Positions 19,485-27,432 are shown, counted from the first letter of the stretch. The stretch is 32,000 nucleotides of DNA from Archangium gephyra (GCA_943370055.1 CALRPN020000001.1:31199-63198); one strand, 5' to 3'. Notes: generated by a model from the letters alone, not told the origin. A program made the numbers and translations.

Positions 19485-19932
19485 CGGTGTTGTCAGTCAG
19501 TCTCCCCACCTTGCGGCGTCGGTGGTGTTGGTTATGATTGCGAACATGAGCCGCGCAGAACATTGCCGCCGACATTGCTGCAGCTGATTCGCCGCTCCAC
19601 CACTACTGTATCGTTCGCAGTGACGTTCCCCTTGGCGTTCAGCTCGCACAGCTGATCCACGCCGCTGGGGAGTCTTCGCCCGGCAGTCTCCCGCCAGCGA
19701 CCCGCGCGGTCGCACTTCACGCCGACTCCGAAGCGGAGTTGCTGCGTCTCGAAGCGCTCCTCGCCGGCGCTGCGGTCTCCTTCATCTCCATTCGAGAACC
19801 CGATCCGCCCTGGAGTGGCGCGTTGATGGCCATTGGCCTCCGCCCACTTCGGCGGTCCCCCGAGCTCCGCAGGTTGCTTTCACGCCTGCGGTTGGCCGGA
19901 CCGTCCCTCAACCACACCACAGGAGAACCACG

Positions 19933-20301
19933 ATGAAGCTCGACCTCACTCGATGGCGGGAGGCGCTCGTGCGCTTCGAAGCCGAACTCAAGCACTTGAA
20001 GAAGCAGCGTCGGCAACCCCGAGAGCCCGGAGAGTCATTCGACTACGCGCCGCTGCTGCTCGCCAAAGCGGAGGTCACGCGCTTGTACTGCCTGCGCAGG
20101 CATCTCAAGGGGAAGCTGCACGCATCAGGAGAACTCCGACGCGTCGTGCTCTCCTTGGCGGGCAGTCCCTTCACGCAGGCGCACGTGGTGACCGACCTCG
20201 CGACCCAGGAAGCGCTCGTGCGCTCAATTGATGGCTGGGCGGAGTCGTTCCTCCTCGATGTTCCACCTGCAACCGAAGCCACTCCGCGGCCAACGGGCTA
20301 A
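19933..20301 (+). CDS. Hypothetical protein (122 aa)
   Basis: Good Shine-Dalgarno (AGGAG, 7-nt spacing) before ATG 19933. The N-terminus is basic and helical. No motif recognised. Confidence 0.55.
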   Translation: MKLDLTRWREALVRFEAELKHLKKQRRQPREPGESFDYAPLLLAKAEVTRLYCLRRHLKGKLHASGELRRVVLSLAGSPFTQAHVVTDLATQEALVRSIDGWAESFLLDVPPATEATPRPTG

Positions 20302-20313
20302 CTTGTCGTCGAA

Positions 20314-20389
20314 GGCTCCGTAGCTCCAATTGGCAGAGCGCCCGGAGTAATGACCCGGGAGGTTGCGGGTTCAAGTCCCGCCGGGGTCA
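20314..20389 (+). tRNA. tRNA-like gene with aberrant 9-nt anticodon loop (isotype undetermined; possible pseudo-tRNA)
   Basis: Cloverleaf folded by hand. Acceptor GGCTCCG/CGGGGTC (two G-U pairs). D-arm GCTC-CAATTGGCA-GAGC. Anticodon stem CCCGG/CCGGG around the loop AGTAATGAC. Variable loop AGGTT. T-arm GCGGG-TTCAAGT-CCCGC. Discriminator A, with no encoded CCA. The D and T arms resemble tRNA-Thr-type bodies. Confidence 0.55.
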
Positions 20390-20400
20390 CTCAACAGTCC

Positions 20401-20666
20401 ATGACCGAGACGTTCAACGTCACGAAGGCCGACGCTGTCGCAGAGAGAGCCCCTCGGTGGTGAGCCCTAGCATCGAGTGGGTGCCCGACTACTGGAAGGC
20501 CGACCCCGACCGGCTCGACGACATCGTGCGCATCGGAGGCGCGCTACTGTCGCGCCCAGACGCAGCCGAGGGCGGCGTCTCCGCGCTCCCGAACTTCATG
20601 CAGGACGCCGTCGCGCTCTGGGTCGACTACTTCGGTGGCCGCCCTTGGCGAAACGCTGCGGCGTAG
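20401..20666 (+). pseudogene. Displaced, frameshifted 3' fragment of a glycosyltransferase gene (paralogous to 19215-19484)
   Basis: It lacks the 5' ~750 nt of the gene. A 1-nt deletion relative to copy A near 20449 creates a stop at 20461-20463. The remainder (VVSPSIEWVPDYWKADPDRLDDIVRIGGALLS...) reads in another frame to TAG 20664-20666. Confidence 0.8.
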
Positions 20667-20734
20667 GTGCGGGCGCCGGAGTTCGCTTGAACCGAGTATC
20701 GTCTCAAGGGCACAACGCTCGACGGGACCGGGTG

Positions 20735-20848
20735 ATGAACAACAATCAGAGCAAGGCCCGCATCGACGTCTTGTTGGGCGCGCTAGCCCTGCAGTCGCAC
20801 GACGGTCCGTTGCGGCCCGAAGTTGTGCAACTGCTGGCCGCGGAGTGA
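20735..20848 (+). CDS. Possible small ORF (37 aa) upstream of the EEP gene
   Basis: ATG 20735; MNNNQSKARIDVLLGALALQSHDGPLRPEVVQLLAAE. It ends 9 nt before the next start. There is no homology evidence and it may be non-coding. Confidence 0.3.
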   Translation: MNNNQSKARIDVLLGALALQSHDGPLRPEVVQLLAAE

Positions 20849-20857
20849 GGGCGGGCG

Positions 20858-21547
20858 ATGCGACTCGTGACTTGGAACTGCAGAATGGCGGTGCACAAGA
20901 AGATCGCGGCGCTGCGGGAACTCAACCCCGACGTGGCGGTCGTTCAGGAGTGCGCGGAAGATTCGGTGCCTGCTGCGGCACCTGCCTACGAAGGCTGCAC
21001 GAGCAAGGCTTGGAGCGGGCCCGGGCCCAGGAAGGGCCTGGCGATACTGGCATTCGGCGATACCTCGTTCTCCCTCGTCTCGAAGTCCGGTACCGCCATC
21101 GCTGTACGAGTGACGAGCAGATCGCTTGTCTTCAACCTCTTGGCCAAATGGGCGTGGGCGAAATCGCCGTCGCTCTCCCGGTACGTGAAAGACGTGCGCT
21201 CGTCCCTCGACGAGCACGAGACGTTTCTTCGAGAGGGTCCTTCGGTGCTTGCTGGCGACCTCAATAGCGGAGGGGTGTTCGACAAGCTGACCGGCGCCGC
21301 TCACGCGAAGCTCGTCAACCAACTTCAGAAGCTGGGCCTGACGAGCGCGTACCATTCGCACTTCAGCGAGGCGCACGGCGAGGAATCGCGGAAGACCTTC
21401 TTTCGAGGCAAGCCGGCCGGGCAATTCCACATCGACTACGTGTTCCTTCCGGACGAATGGGCACGGCGAGCGACGGTCGAAATCCCCCAACCAGAACCCT
21501 GGCTCAAACTCAGTGACCACGTGCCGGTGATCGTGGACATCGACTGA
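20858..21547 (+). CDS. Endonuclease/exonuclease/phosphatase (EEP, DNase I-like) family protein
   Basis: MRLVTWNC..., DVAVVQEC, LAGDLN, IDYVF and the terminal LSDHVPVIVDID are the ordered EEP catalytic motifs. Confidence 0.8.
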   Translation: MRLVTWNCRMAVHKKIAALRELNPDVAVVQECAEDSVPAAAPAYEGCTSKAWSGPGPRKGLAILAFGDTSFSLVSKSGTAIAVRVTSRSLVFNLLAKWAWAKSPSLSRYVKDVRSSLDEHETFLREGPSVLAGDLNSGGVFDKLTGAAHAKLVNQLQKLGLTSAYHSHFSEAHGEESRKTFFRGKPAGQFHIDYVFLPDEWARRATVEIPQPEPWLKLSDHVPVIVDID

Positions 21548-21587
21548 GTCCCCGAGAGGGGCTGACCAGCGCTTTGGAACCAGGCGC

Positions 21588-23483
21588 ATGGCCGACAGGC
21601 TCGACTACTACTTCCGGCAGCGCGTCACCGAGGCGGAGCTCGACCTCGGCTTCAGCCTGCTCGAGAGGGCACTCCACAACCTCGCCGCCGACCTGCGCAT
21701 CTACGGCGTCGTCTCGGGCGGAGTCCCGTCGCCGCACTCGCCCGTCCCCGACCTCTCCATCGACCTGACCGCGCCCGCGCGCGCGTACGACAACCTCGGC
21801 CAGCGGCTCTTCTTCGGCACCGGGCAGACCGTGGACTGCTCGACGGACCTCTCGGGCATCCCCACCGACGTCTCGACCGCCAGCAACGAGCGCTGGCTCG
21901 GCGTGTTCCTCCGCTTCAAGCGGCTGCTCTCAGACCCGCGCACGGACGGCAACTCGCAGCAGGTCTTCTTTCGCCGAGACGAGTCGTTCGAGCTCGTGGT
22001 GCGACAGGCCGCAGAGGGAGCGGCAGGCATCGCACCGAAGATGGCGCTGCAGCCCGACGAACTGCTCCTCTGCGACGTGCGCCGACGGCCTGGGCAGACG
22101 CAAATCGTCACCACCGACATCGACACCTCGCGGCGCCAGGCGTTCGTCTTCGTGCAGGGCAGCTCGGTCGGCATCACGACGGTGGGCTGGAACTCGCTGA
22201 CGCCCGGCGCTCCCACGGTGCAGGCCGCGCTCGACGCCATCGACGATGTGCTGACCGACCACTTCGACGGCACCGCACACCGGCACGCCGCGACCAAGGT
22301 CGACTACGCGCCCCACGGGATGGTGGCGGCGAACACGGTGCAAGGCGCCATCGACGAACTGGTCGACGACCTCAGTGGAGTGGGTGGCTCCGCAGCAGTC
22401 GGCGCTGGCGGAGTGCCCGGCAATCCGAACCCGCTCGCGCCTGGCTCGGTCGCTTCGCAGCTCGGCGCCTTGTTGGCGCTGTTGAATGGCCACGTGGCAG
22501 CCGTCTCCGATGCGCACGCGGCGAGCGCCATCTCGGCCACGCCGCACAGCTACATCACGACGACGAGTGTTCAAGCGCAGCTCCAGAGCCTGGTTGCGGC
22601 GCTCGCAGACCAGACCGTCGCGGACGCGGGAGCGACTCGCATCGGCTCGATGCCCTTCGTTGGTTCGCCTGTCGCGCTCGCAGCCAAGACGGTCGCGGGC
22701 CAGCTCTTCGACCTGCTGACTGCGCACAACGCGCACCTCAACGAGCTCTTCGCAGCACACCCTGCGAACACCATCACCGTCCAGGACGCAGCGAATCGTC
22801 TCAACGCGGGCAACACCGAAGACGCGCTCGCGGAGCTGGTCACCATCGCCGGCGCCGACCACTACCGCGCGAACGAGGCTGTTCCGGCGGGCATGCACCG
22901 CACCATTCGTCAGCCGCCTTTCTCCGGGAGCACGAAGGCGCTCCTGTGGGACGCGCAAGGCACCGGAGCGGGCGTCGCGCGCTTCCGCATCTACCTCGAT
23001 GGCGACTCGCTCTGGCTCACGATGAACGCGAGCTGGAATGGAACGCTGTGGGTGAAGCAGTCGCCCGGCAACGCGGCGGCGCTGAGGCTGAGCCGGAACA
23101 CCTTCGAGCTCGTCCACGAAGGAACGCCGGCGACGCAGTTCTCGCTGTGGACGCGAACGTGGAGGCTCCCCATCGACAGCAACGCGGTGAACTCGGCCTT
23201 CGAGCTCAGCGGCTCGGTGCGCGAGACCGGCTACTGCGGGGCGAAGATGTACAACCCCACCGGCGGCGCGCAGTTCATGATGCTGGGGAACGTCGTGAAC
23301 TTCCGCAGCCGTTTCCCTGCGGCGCCGTCGTCGATCACCCTCGCGGTGCGCGACGCGAGCGGAGGAGCGCCCAGCACCGTCGTCCAGAACGTCACCCGCG
23401 ACGGCTTCGCGTTCACCATCAGCGGCAACGTCGGAAGCAACAACTGGTCGTACTGGTACGGCGACTACACCGCCATCGCGTGA
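21588..23483 (+). CDS. Putative tail fibre or receptor-binding protein with possible H-type-lectin-like C-terminal domain
   Basis: Positioned after the baseplate genes. The N-terminal YYFRQRVTEAELDLGF motif resembles the YFxGQxLxxxDL motif of baseplate-attached fibre proteins. A long Ala/Gly-rich shaft follows. The C-terminus FRSRFPAAPSSITLAVRD...VVQNVTRDGFAFTI...W..DYTAIA resembles H_lectin domains. Confidence 0.55.
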   Translation: MADRLDYYFRQRVTEAELDLGFSLLERALHNLAADLRIYGVVSGGVPSPHSPVPDLSIDLTAPARAYDNLGQRLFFGTGQTVDCSTDLSGIPTDVSTASNERWLGVFLRFKRLLSDPRTDGNSQQVFFRRDESFELVVRQAAEGAAGIAPKMALQPDELLLCDVRRRPGQTQIVTTDIDTSRRQAFVFVQGSSVGITTVGWNSLTPGAPTVQAALDAIDDVLTDHFDGTAHRHAATKVDYAPHGMVAANTVQGAIDELVDDLSGVGGSAAVGAGGVPGNPNPLAPGSVASQLGALLALLNGHVAAVSDAHAASAISATPHSYITTTSVQAQLQSLVAALADQTVADAGATRIGSMPFVGSPVALAAKTVAGQLFDLLTAHNAHLNELFAAHPANTITVQDAANRLNAGNTEDALAELVTIAGADHYRANEAVPAGMHRTIRQPPFSGSTKALLWDAQGTGAGVARFRIYLDGDSLWLTMNASWNGTLWVKQSPGNAAALRLSRNTFELVHEGTPATQFSLWTRTWRLPIDSNAVNSAFELSGSVRETGYCGAKMYNPTGGAQFMMLGNVVNFRSRFPAAPSSITLAVRDASGGAPSTVVQNVTRDGFAFTISGNVGSNNWSYWYGDYTAIA

Positions 23484-23490
23484 GGCACGC

Positions 23491-23895
23491 ATGCCCATCG
23501 AAGAGCTCAACGGCGAAGAGGTGCTCCAGCGGTGCTCGATGTGCCAGACGGCGACGCGCTCGAAGTTGGCGACGCTCTCGCTCGGCGTGGGGAGCGCCGT
23601 GGCCGACGACCTCGACGGTCGTGTCGTGCGCCTGCCGCCGTGTCCCAATTGCGAGGCAGAGGAGTTCCTCATTCGCTCGGCGGCCGCTCCGACTTCAGCG
23701 CCGAAGAGCTACGGAGACCTCCATCGGCTGCTCGTCGACCAACTCCACGCCTCGCTGGCGAAGCAGGGTCGCTTCGACGCCCGCCTCGCAGCGCCGGTGC
23801 TGACCGACGCCGACCCACTCGTCGTGAAGGAGTTCTTCCCCGACGGCCTGAAGCTCCTCGCCCAGCCCTTTGAAAAGCTCGACCCGGCCGACTGA
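23491..23895 (+). CDS. Hypothetical zinc-ribbon protein (possible fibre assembly factor, by position only)
   Basis: CSMC...CPNC motif. It starts 8 nt after the fibre stop. Confidence 0.45.
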   Translation: MPIEELNGEEVLQRCSMCQTATRSKLATLSLGVGSAVADDLDGRVVRLPPCPNCEAEEFLIRSAAAPTSAPKSYGDLHRLLVDQLHASLAKQGRFDARLAAPVLTDADPLVVKEFFPDGLKLLAQPFEKLDPAD

Positions 23896-24009
23896 AGCCA
23901 TCATTCGACGTCGCCATCGCTTCTTCGACTTGAGCTGTCTTTGAAAAGAAGGATGTATGGCTTTGCGAGCCGGGCGCCCAGAAGGCCACCACCCGGGCGG
24001 AGTCGAAAC

Positions 24010-24276
24010 ATGAAGGTGAATGAATTGATTGCCGTCTTGAAGGAACTCGAGCCCAACGCGCAGGTCCTCATCGCGTCGCAGCCGAACTGGCCGTTCGAAA
24101 TTGAACTCTCCGGCGTGGTGACCCGCGCCGAGTGTGATGAGCCCGACGATGAAGGCAACGTGGAGGCGAAGGCGTCGACCAGCGACCTCCCGCCCACTGA
24201 CGTCTTCCTCGTCGAGGGCCAGCAGCTTCGGTACGGCTCGAAGACGCCGTTCCGCCTGGCGAGGAAGCACCGATGA
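24010..24276 (+). CDS. Hypothetical protein (88 aa)
   Basis: ATG 24010 within the 23941 ORF (MKVNELIAVLKELEPNAQVLIAS...). Its stop overlaps the next start (ATGA). Confidence 0.45.
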   Translation: MKVNELIAVLKELEPNAQVLIASQPNWPFEIELSGVVTRAECDEPDDEGNVEAKASTSDLPPTDVFLVEGQQLRYGSKTPFRLARKHR

Positions 24277-24443
24277 ACGAGGTGCTCGCCGACATCGCGA
24301 AGCGGGTGCTGAGCATCGAGACGCTCGAGACGCGCAAGATGGACTCGCTCGACTTCCACGACGTCGCGGTGTGGCAGGTGAAGAAGGCGCTCGAGGCCGC
24401 GTACCGAGCCGGCGCCGCGTCCGTGACGACTTCCACGAAGTGA
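24273..24443 (+). CDS. Small hypothetical protein (56 aa), paralogous to 25026-25250
   Basis: Not in the ORF track because it is under 60 aa. My translation is MNEVLADIAKRVLSIETLETRKMDSLDFHDVAVWQVKKALEAAYRAGAASVTTSTK. It shares the D..F.....AVW...K.aL.AA.RAG motif with the 25026 ORF. Confidence 0.5.
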   Translation: MNEVLADIAKRVLSIETLETRKMDSLDFHDVAVWQVKKALEAAYRAGAASVTTSTK

Positions 24444-24519
24444 TTCCCCAACACCCTCGGCTGCGAACGGGCCCGTGCCCGAGGGAGACGTGTACCCAGC
24501 GCCCGACGAGGTGATGCAC

Positions 24520-25023
24520 ATGGCAACGAAGGACAAGCTGGACGCGCTGCGACTCCCTGAGCTCCAGGCGCGCTTCAAGGTAGTCGTGGGCGAGACGACG
24601 AAGAGCCCCAACCGCACGTTCCTCATTCGTCGCATCGAAGAGGCGCTCGCGAAGAAGGCCGAGGCGAAGCCGCGCGGTCGCTTCAAGGAACTCTCGGTCG
24701 AGGAGCTGCGCGCGAAGTACGTGGAGGTCGTCGGTCGCCCGAGCGGCTCCTCGTCGAAGCCGTACCTGGTCTGGAAGATTCGCGAGGCCGAGAAGGGTCA
24801 CGTGACCGTCGGTCCGCGCGCATCACGACGGCGCGAAGGCGAGCCCACCGACATGCGAATCCTCCCGCTGCGGCTCGAGGCCGGAGTCGTCGACAAGATG
24901 GACGACGCGTGGCGCAAGCGGGACATCCCGAACCGCATGGAGTTCTTCCGACGTGCGCTCGGCCACTACCTCAAGCACCTCGGCGCCACCGACGCCGCAC
25001 GCGCGTTCGCGCAGGAGGCGTGA
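24520..25023 (+). CDS. Putative DNA-binding protein: two DUF2924-like repeats plus C-terminal ribbon-helix-helix
   Basis: Repeats are LRLPELQARFKVVVGETTKSPNRTFLIRRIEEAL and LSVEELRAKYVEVVGRPSGSSSKPYLVWKIREAE. The C-terminus MRILPLRLEAGVVDKMDDAWRKRDIPNRMEFFRRALGHYL looks CopG/RHH-like. Start is ATG 24514 or 24520. Confidence 0.5.
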   Translation: MATKDKLDALRLPELQARFKVVVGETTKSPNRTFLIRRIEEALAKKAEAKPRGRFKELSVEELRAKYVEVVGRPSGSSSKPYLVWKIREAEKGHVTVGPRASRRREGEPTDMRILPLRLEAGVVDKMDDAWRKRDIPNRMEFFRRALGHYLKHLGATDAARAFAQEA

Positions 25024-25025
25024 CG

Positions 25026-25250
25026 ATGGCTGCTCCGCGAAGCTCAGAGGTCGCGCTCTCCATCGCGCGCAGGTTCCTAGACGTCGAAGACTTCGAGGTC
25101 GACGCCACCGACCTCGCGGGGCTCGCGGTGTGGTGCCCCAAGGAGTCGCTCCGCGCGGCACTGATGGCCGCGTTCAGGGCCGGAAGACGCGCCGGTCACC
25201 CGCGCCGAAGAGCCCCGAATTGGCGCAATTCCGGGCGGCCGAGGCGGTAA
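25026..25250 (+). CDS. Small hypothetical protein (74 aa), paralog of 24273-24443
   Basis: ATG 25026, 3 nt after the upstream stop. Carries the motif [32 protein letters not shown]. Confidence 0.45.
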   Translation: MAAPRSSEVALSIARRFLDVEDFEVDATDLAGLAVWCPKESLRAALMAAFRAGRRAGHPRRRAPNWRNSGRPRR

Positions 25251-25383
25251 CTCCGCGGAACGTCGCGTCACTCCAAAGTCTCGAAATTACATCGGAATTC
25301 GACTTCTTCCGCTTGCTGAGTCGGCCAGAAGGAAGCGTGTATGTCCCTCGCCGCGACACCAGCGCGGCGGAACGGGATCGCAC

Positions 25384-26310
25384 TTGAAGACGCTGCGCTA
25401 CGGCATCGAAATCGAAACGGTGGGCCTCAACCGGGAGCGCCTCGCGCGGGCCATCCAGACGGTGACGGGAGGCGAGGCGGTGAACGAGGGGCGCGGTTGG
25501 CGGGTGACCGACGCGACGGGCCGGGCGTGGCAGGTGGTGCCCGATGGCAGCCTCAGCGGCGGAGAGCAGAGCGGCGAAATCGTCTCGCCGGTCCTCACCT
25601 ACGCGGACCTCGACACGCTGCAGAACATCATCCGCGCCGTCCGCACGGCGGGGGCTCGCGCAGACCACTCCACGGGAATTCACATTCACATCGACGGCGC
25701 GCGCTTCGACGCGAAGAGCACCACCAACCTCGTGAAGAACGTCCACAAGCAGGAGCGGCTCCTCGAGCACGCCCTCGGCGTCAGCGAGACGCGGCTGCAG
25801 CGGTACTGCCGCCCCATCGACCCGGCCTTCATCGAGCGGCTCGAAGCGCGCCGCCCGCGCACGATGCGCGAGTTGAGCGAGGCCTGGTACGGCCGCAGCA
25901 ACCCGAACCCGCAGCGGTACGACTCCTCGCGGTACCACGGGCTCAACCTCAACAGCCTCTTCTTCCGAGGCACGATCGAGTTCAGGTACTTCAACGGCAG
26001 CCTTCACGCTGGCGAGGTGAAGGCCTACCTGCAGTTGGTGCTCGCGATGGCTGCGAAGGCGCTCGGCTCGAAGGCCGCCTCCAGCAAGCGGCGCGAGTTC
26101 AACGTTGCCACCGCGAAGTACGACTTCCGCGTGTTTCTCCTCGGGCTCGGCCTCATCGGAGACGAGTTCAAGACGGCGCGGCTGCACCTCACGAAGCGCC
26201 TCGCGGGGAGCGCGGCGTGGAAGGGCGAGCGCCGAGACCGCCCTGCGGCGCAGGCGCCCGAGGCCACCACCAACACCGAGACGCCGCCTGCCACCCCGGT
26301 GGCGGCATGA
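25384..26310 (+). CDS. Putative amidoligase (Amidoligase_2 / glutamine-synthetase-like fold family)
   Basis: Ordered motifs [14 protein letters not shown]...[26 protein letters not shown] and [23 protein letters not shown] are characteristic of Pfam Amidoligase_2 (PF12224) as I recall it. TTG start at 25384. Confidence 0.8.
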   Translation: MKTLRYGIEIETVGLNRERLARAIQTVTGGEAVNEGRGWRVTDATGRAWQVVPDGSLSGGEQSGEIVSPVLTYADLDTLQNIIRAVRTAGARADHSTGIHIHIDGARFDAKSTTNLVKNVHKQERLLEHALGVSETRLQRYCRPIDPAFIERLEARRPRTMRELSEAWYGRSNPNPQRYDSSRYHGLNLNSLFFRGTIEFRYFNGSLHAGEVKAYLQLVLAMAAKALGSKAASSKRREFNVATAKYDFRVFLLGLGLIGDEFKTARLHLTKRLAGSAAWKGERRDRPAAQAPEATTNTETPPATPVAA

Positions 26311-26627
26311 AGGAGAGGAACGTGAAGGCCTACCGAGTCACTCTGGCGCGGAGCCAGTACGGGCACGCTGAGCCGCGCATCGAAGTGAAGTTTGCGCGGG
26401 GCACCAGCTTCCGAAGAATCCACGCGGCGCTTCACCTGCTGGCCGCTGCGGTCGAATTGGCGACGCCGGAAGCCGAGGGATGGATTGCGCAGATGGTCGC
26501 AGCGAGCGCGGACAACGCGGGCTGGGTCTACCTCGAGTTGCTCCACGCGACCGACGACGAGGCGCAGCGGGGGCTCGCGGTGCTCCAGCGCGTCACCACC
26601 GAGCAGTACGATGGAGCGCGCGCATGA
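26307..26627 (+). CDS. Hypothetical protein (106 aa) between the amidoligase and the GGCT genes
   Basis: ATGA overlaps at both ends (26307-26310 and 26624-26627). No motif recognised. Confidence 0.55.
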   Translation: MKERNVKAYRVTLARSQYGHAEPRIEVKFARGTSFRRIHAALHLLAAAVELATPEAEGWIAQMVAASADNAGWVYLELLHATDDEAQRGLAVLQRVTTEQYDGARA

Positions 26628-27070
26628 AGACGGTCCTCTACTTCGCCTACGGCTCGAACCTCGACGAGGGGCAGATGCTGGAGCGCTGCCCCGGCGCGAA
26701 GTCGATGGGCCACGCGACGCTGCCGAACCACGCGCTGACCTTCGGAGGCTTCAGCCACAAGTGGAGCAGCGCGGTCGCAAGCGTGCGGCGCGCGCCCGGC
26801 GAGCGCGTCGAGGGAGTGCTCTACCGGTTGTCCGCCGACGACCTCGACCGGCTCGACCGCGCCGAGGGCCACCCGCACGCCTACGTGCGCGAGACGCGCT
26901 TCGTGGTGACGAAGGACGCACGGCGCCTGGCCCACGTGTACCTCCAGCCGGAGGAGACTTTCGAGGCCTGGACTCCGCAGCCGAAGTACTTAGCGGTGCT
27001 CGCGCGCGAGTACGCGCGGCGGGGCTTCGAGCTCGAGCGGCTGGTCGCAGCCATCGGAGGCGCATCGTGA
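26624..27070 (+). CDS. Gamma-glutamylcyclotransferase-like (GGCT/AIG2-like) protein 1
   Basis: [19 protein letters not shown] and [20 protein letters not shown] match the YGSNL...E signature of the GGCT fold. Confidence 0.85.
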   Translation: MKTVLYFAYGSNLDEGQMLERCPGAKSMGHATLPNHALTFGGFSHKWSSAVASVRRAPGERVEGVLYRLSADDLDRLDRAEGHPHAYVRETRFVVTKDARRLAHVYLQPEETFEAWTPQPKYLAVLAREYARRGFELERLVAAIGGAS

Positions 27071-27432
27071 CGCGCGTGTTCGTCTACGGGACGCTGCTCG
27101 CGGGTGAGCCGAACCACCGCCTGCTCGCGAACGCCGAGTTGGTCGGAGCGGCCGTCACGAAGCCCGTGTTCGCGCTCGCTGACCTGGGCTTCTTCCCGGC
27201 GATGGTCGAGGGCGGCGACGCCGCTGTCCGCGGCGAGGTCTACGAGGTCGACCCACCGACGCTCGCGCGCCTCGACGTCCTCGAGGGGCATCCACGTTTC
27301 TATCGACGCCGGCGGGTTGTTCTCGCCGACGGCACTACTGCTGAAACCTACGTCCTCTCGCCCGAGCAGGCCGCAGGTCGACCCACCATCAGCTCGGGCG
27401 ATTGGCGCGCGCGCCAGGGAGCGAAGTCATGA
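27067..27432 (+). CDS. Gamma-glutamylcyclotransferase-like (AIG2/GGACT-like) protein 2
   Basis: [14 protein letters not shown]...[26 protein letters not shown] is the AIG2-like YGTL...G.ly.v....l..lD..Eg pattern. GTGA overlap with the upstream gene. Confidence 0.8.
   Translation: MTRVFVYGTLLAGEPNHRLLANAELVGAAVTKPVFALADLGFFPAMVEGGDAAVRGEVYEVDPPTLARLDVLEGHPRFYRRRRVVLADGTTAETYVLSPEQAAGRPTISSGDWRARQGAKS

Noticed and set aside
26641-26665. Sequence ggctcgaacctcgac resembling the tRNA-Asn T-arm region (gggctcgaaccaagg), considered as a possible att repeat.
   Set aside because: The match is only ~10 nt, lies inside the GGCT coding sequence (YGSNLDE), and is in the wrong context for an attachment site. 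It is best explained by chance.
26392-27432. 346-aa ORF and the 428-aa ORF 25341-26627, suggesting larger fused proteins.
   Set aside because: Only their C-terminal parts (27067-27432 and 26307-26627) are credible. The upstream portions overlap the amidoligase and GGCT1 genes in other frames and are Arg/Pro/Ala-rich.
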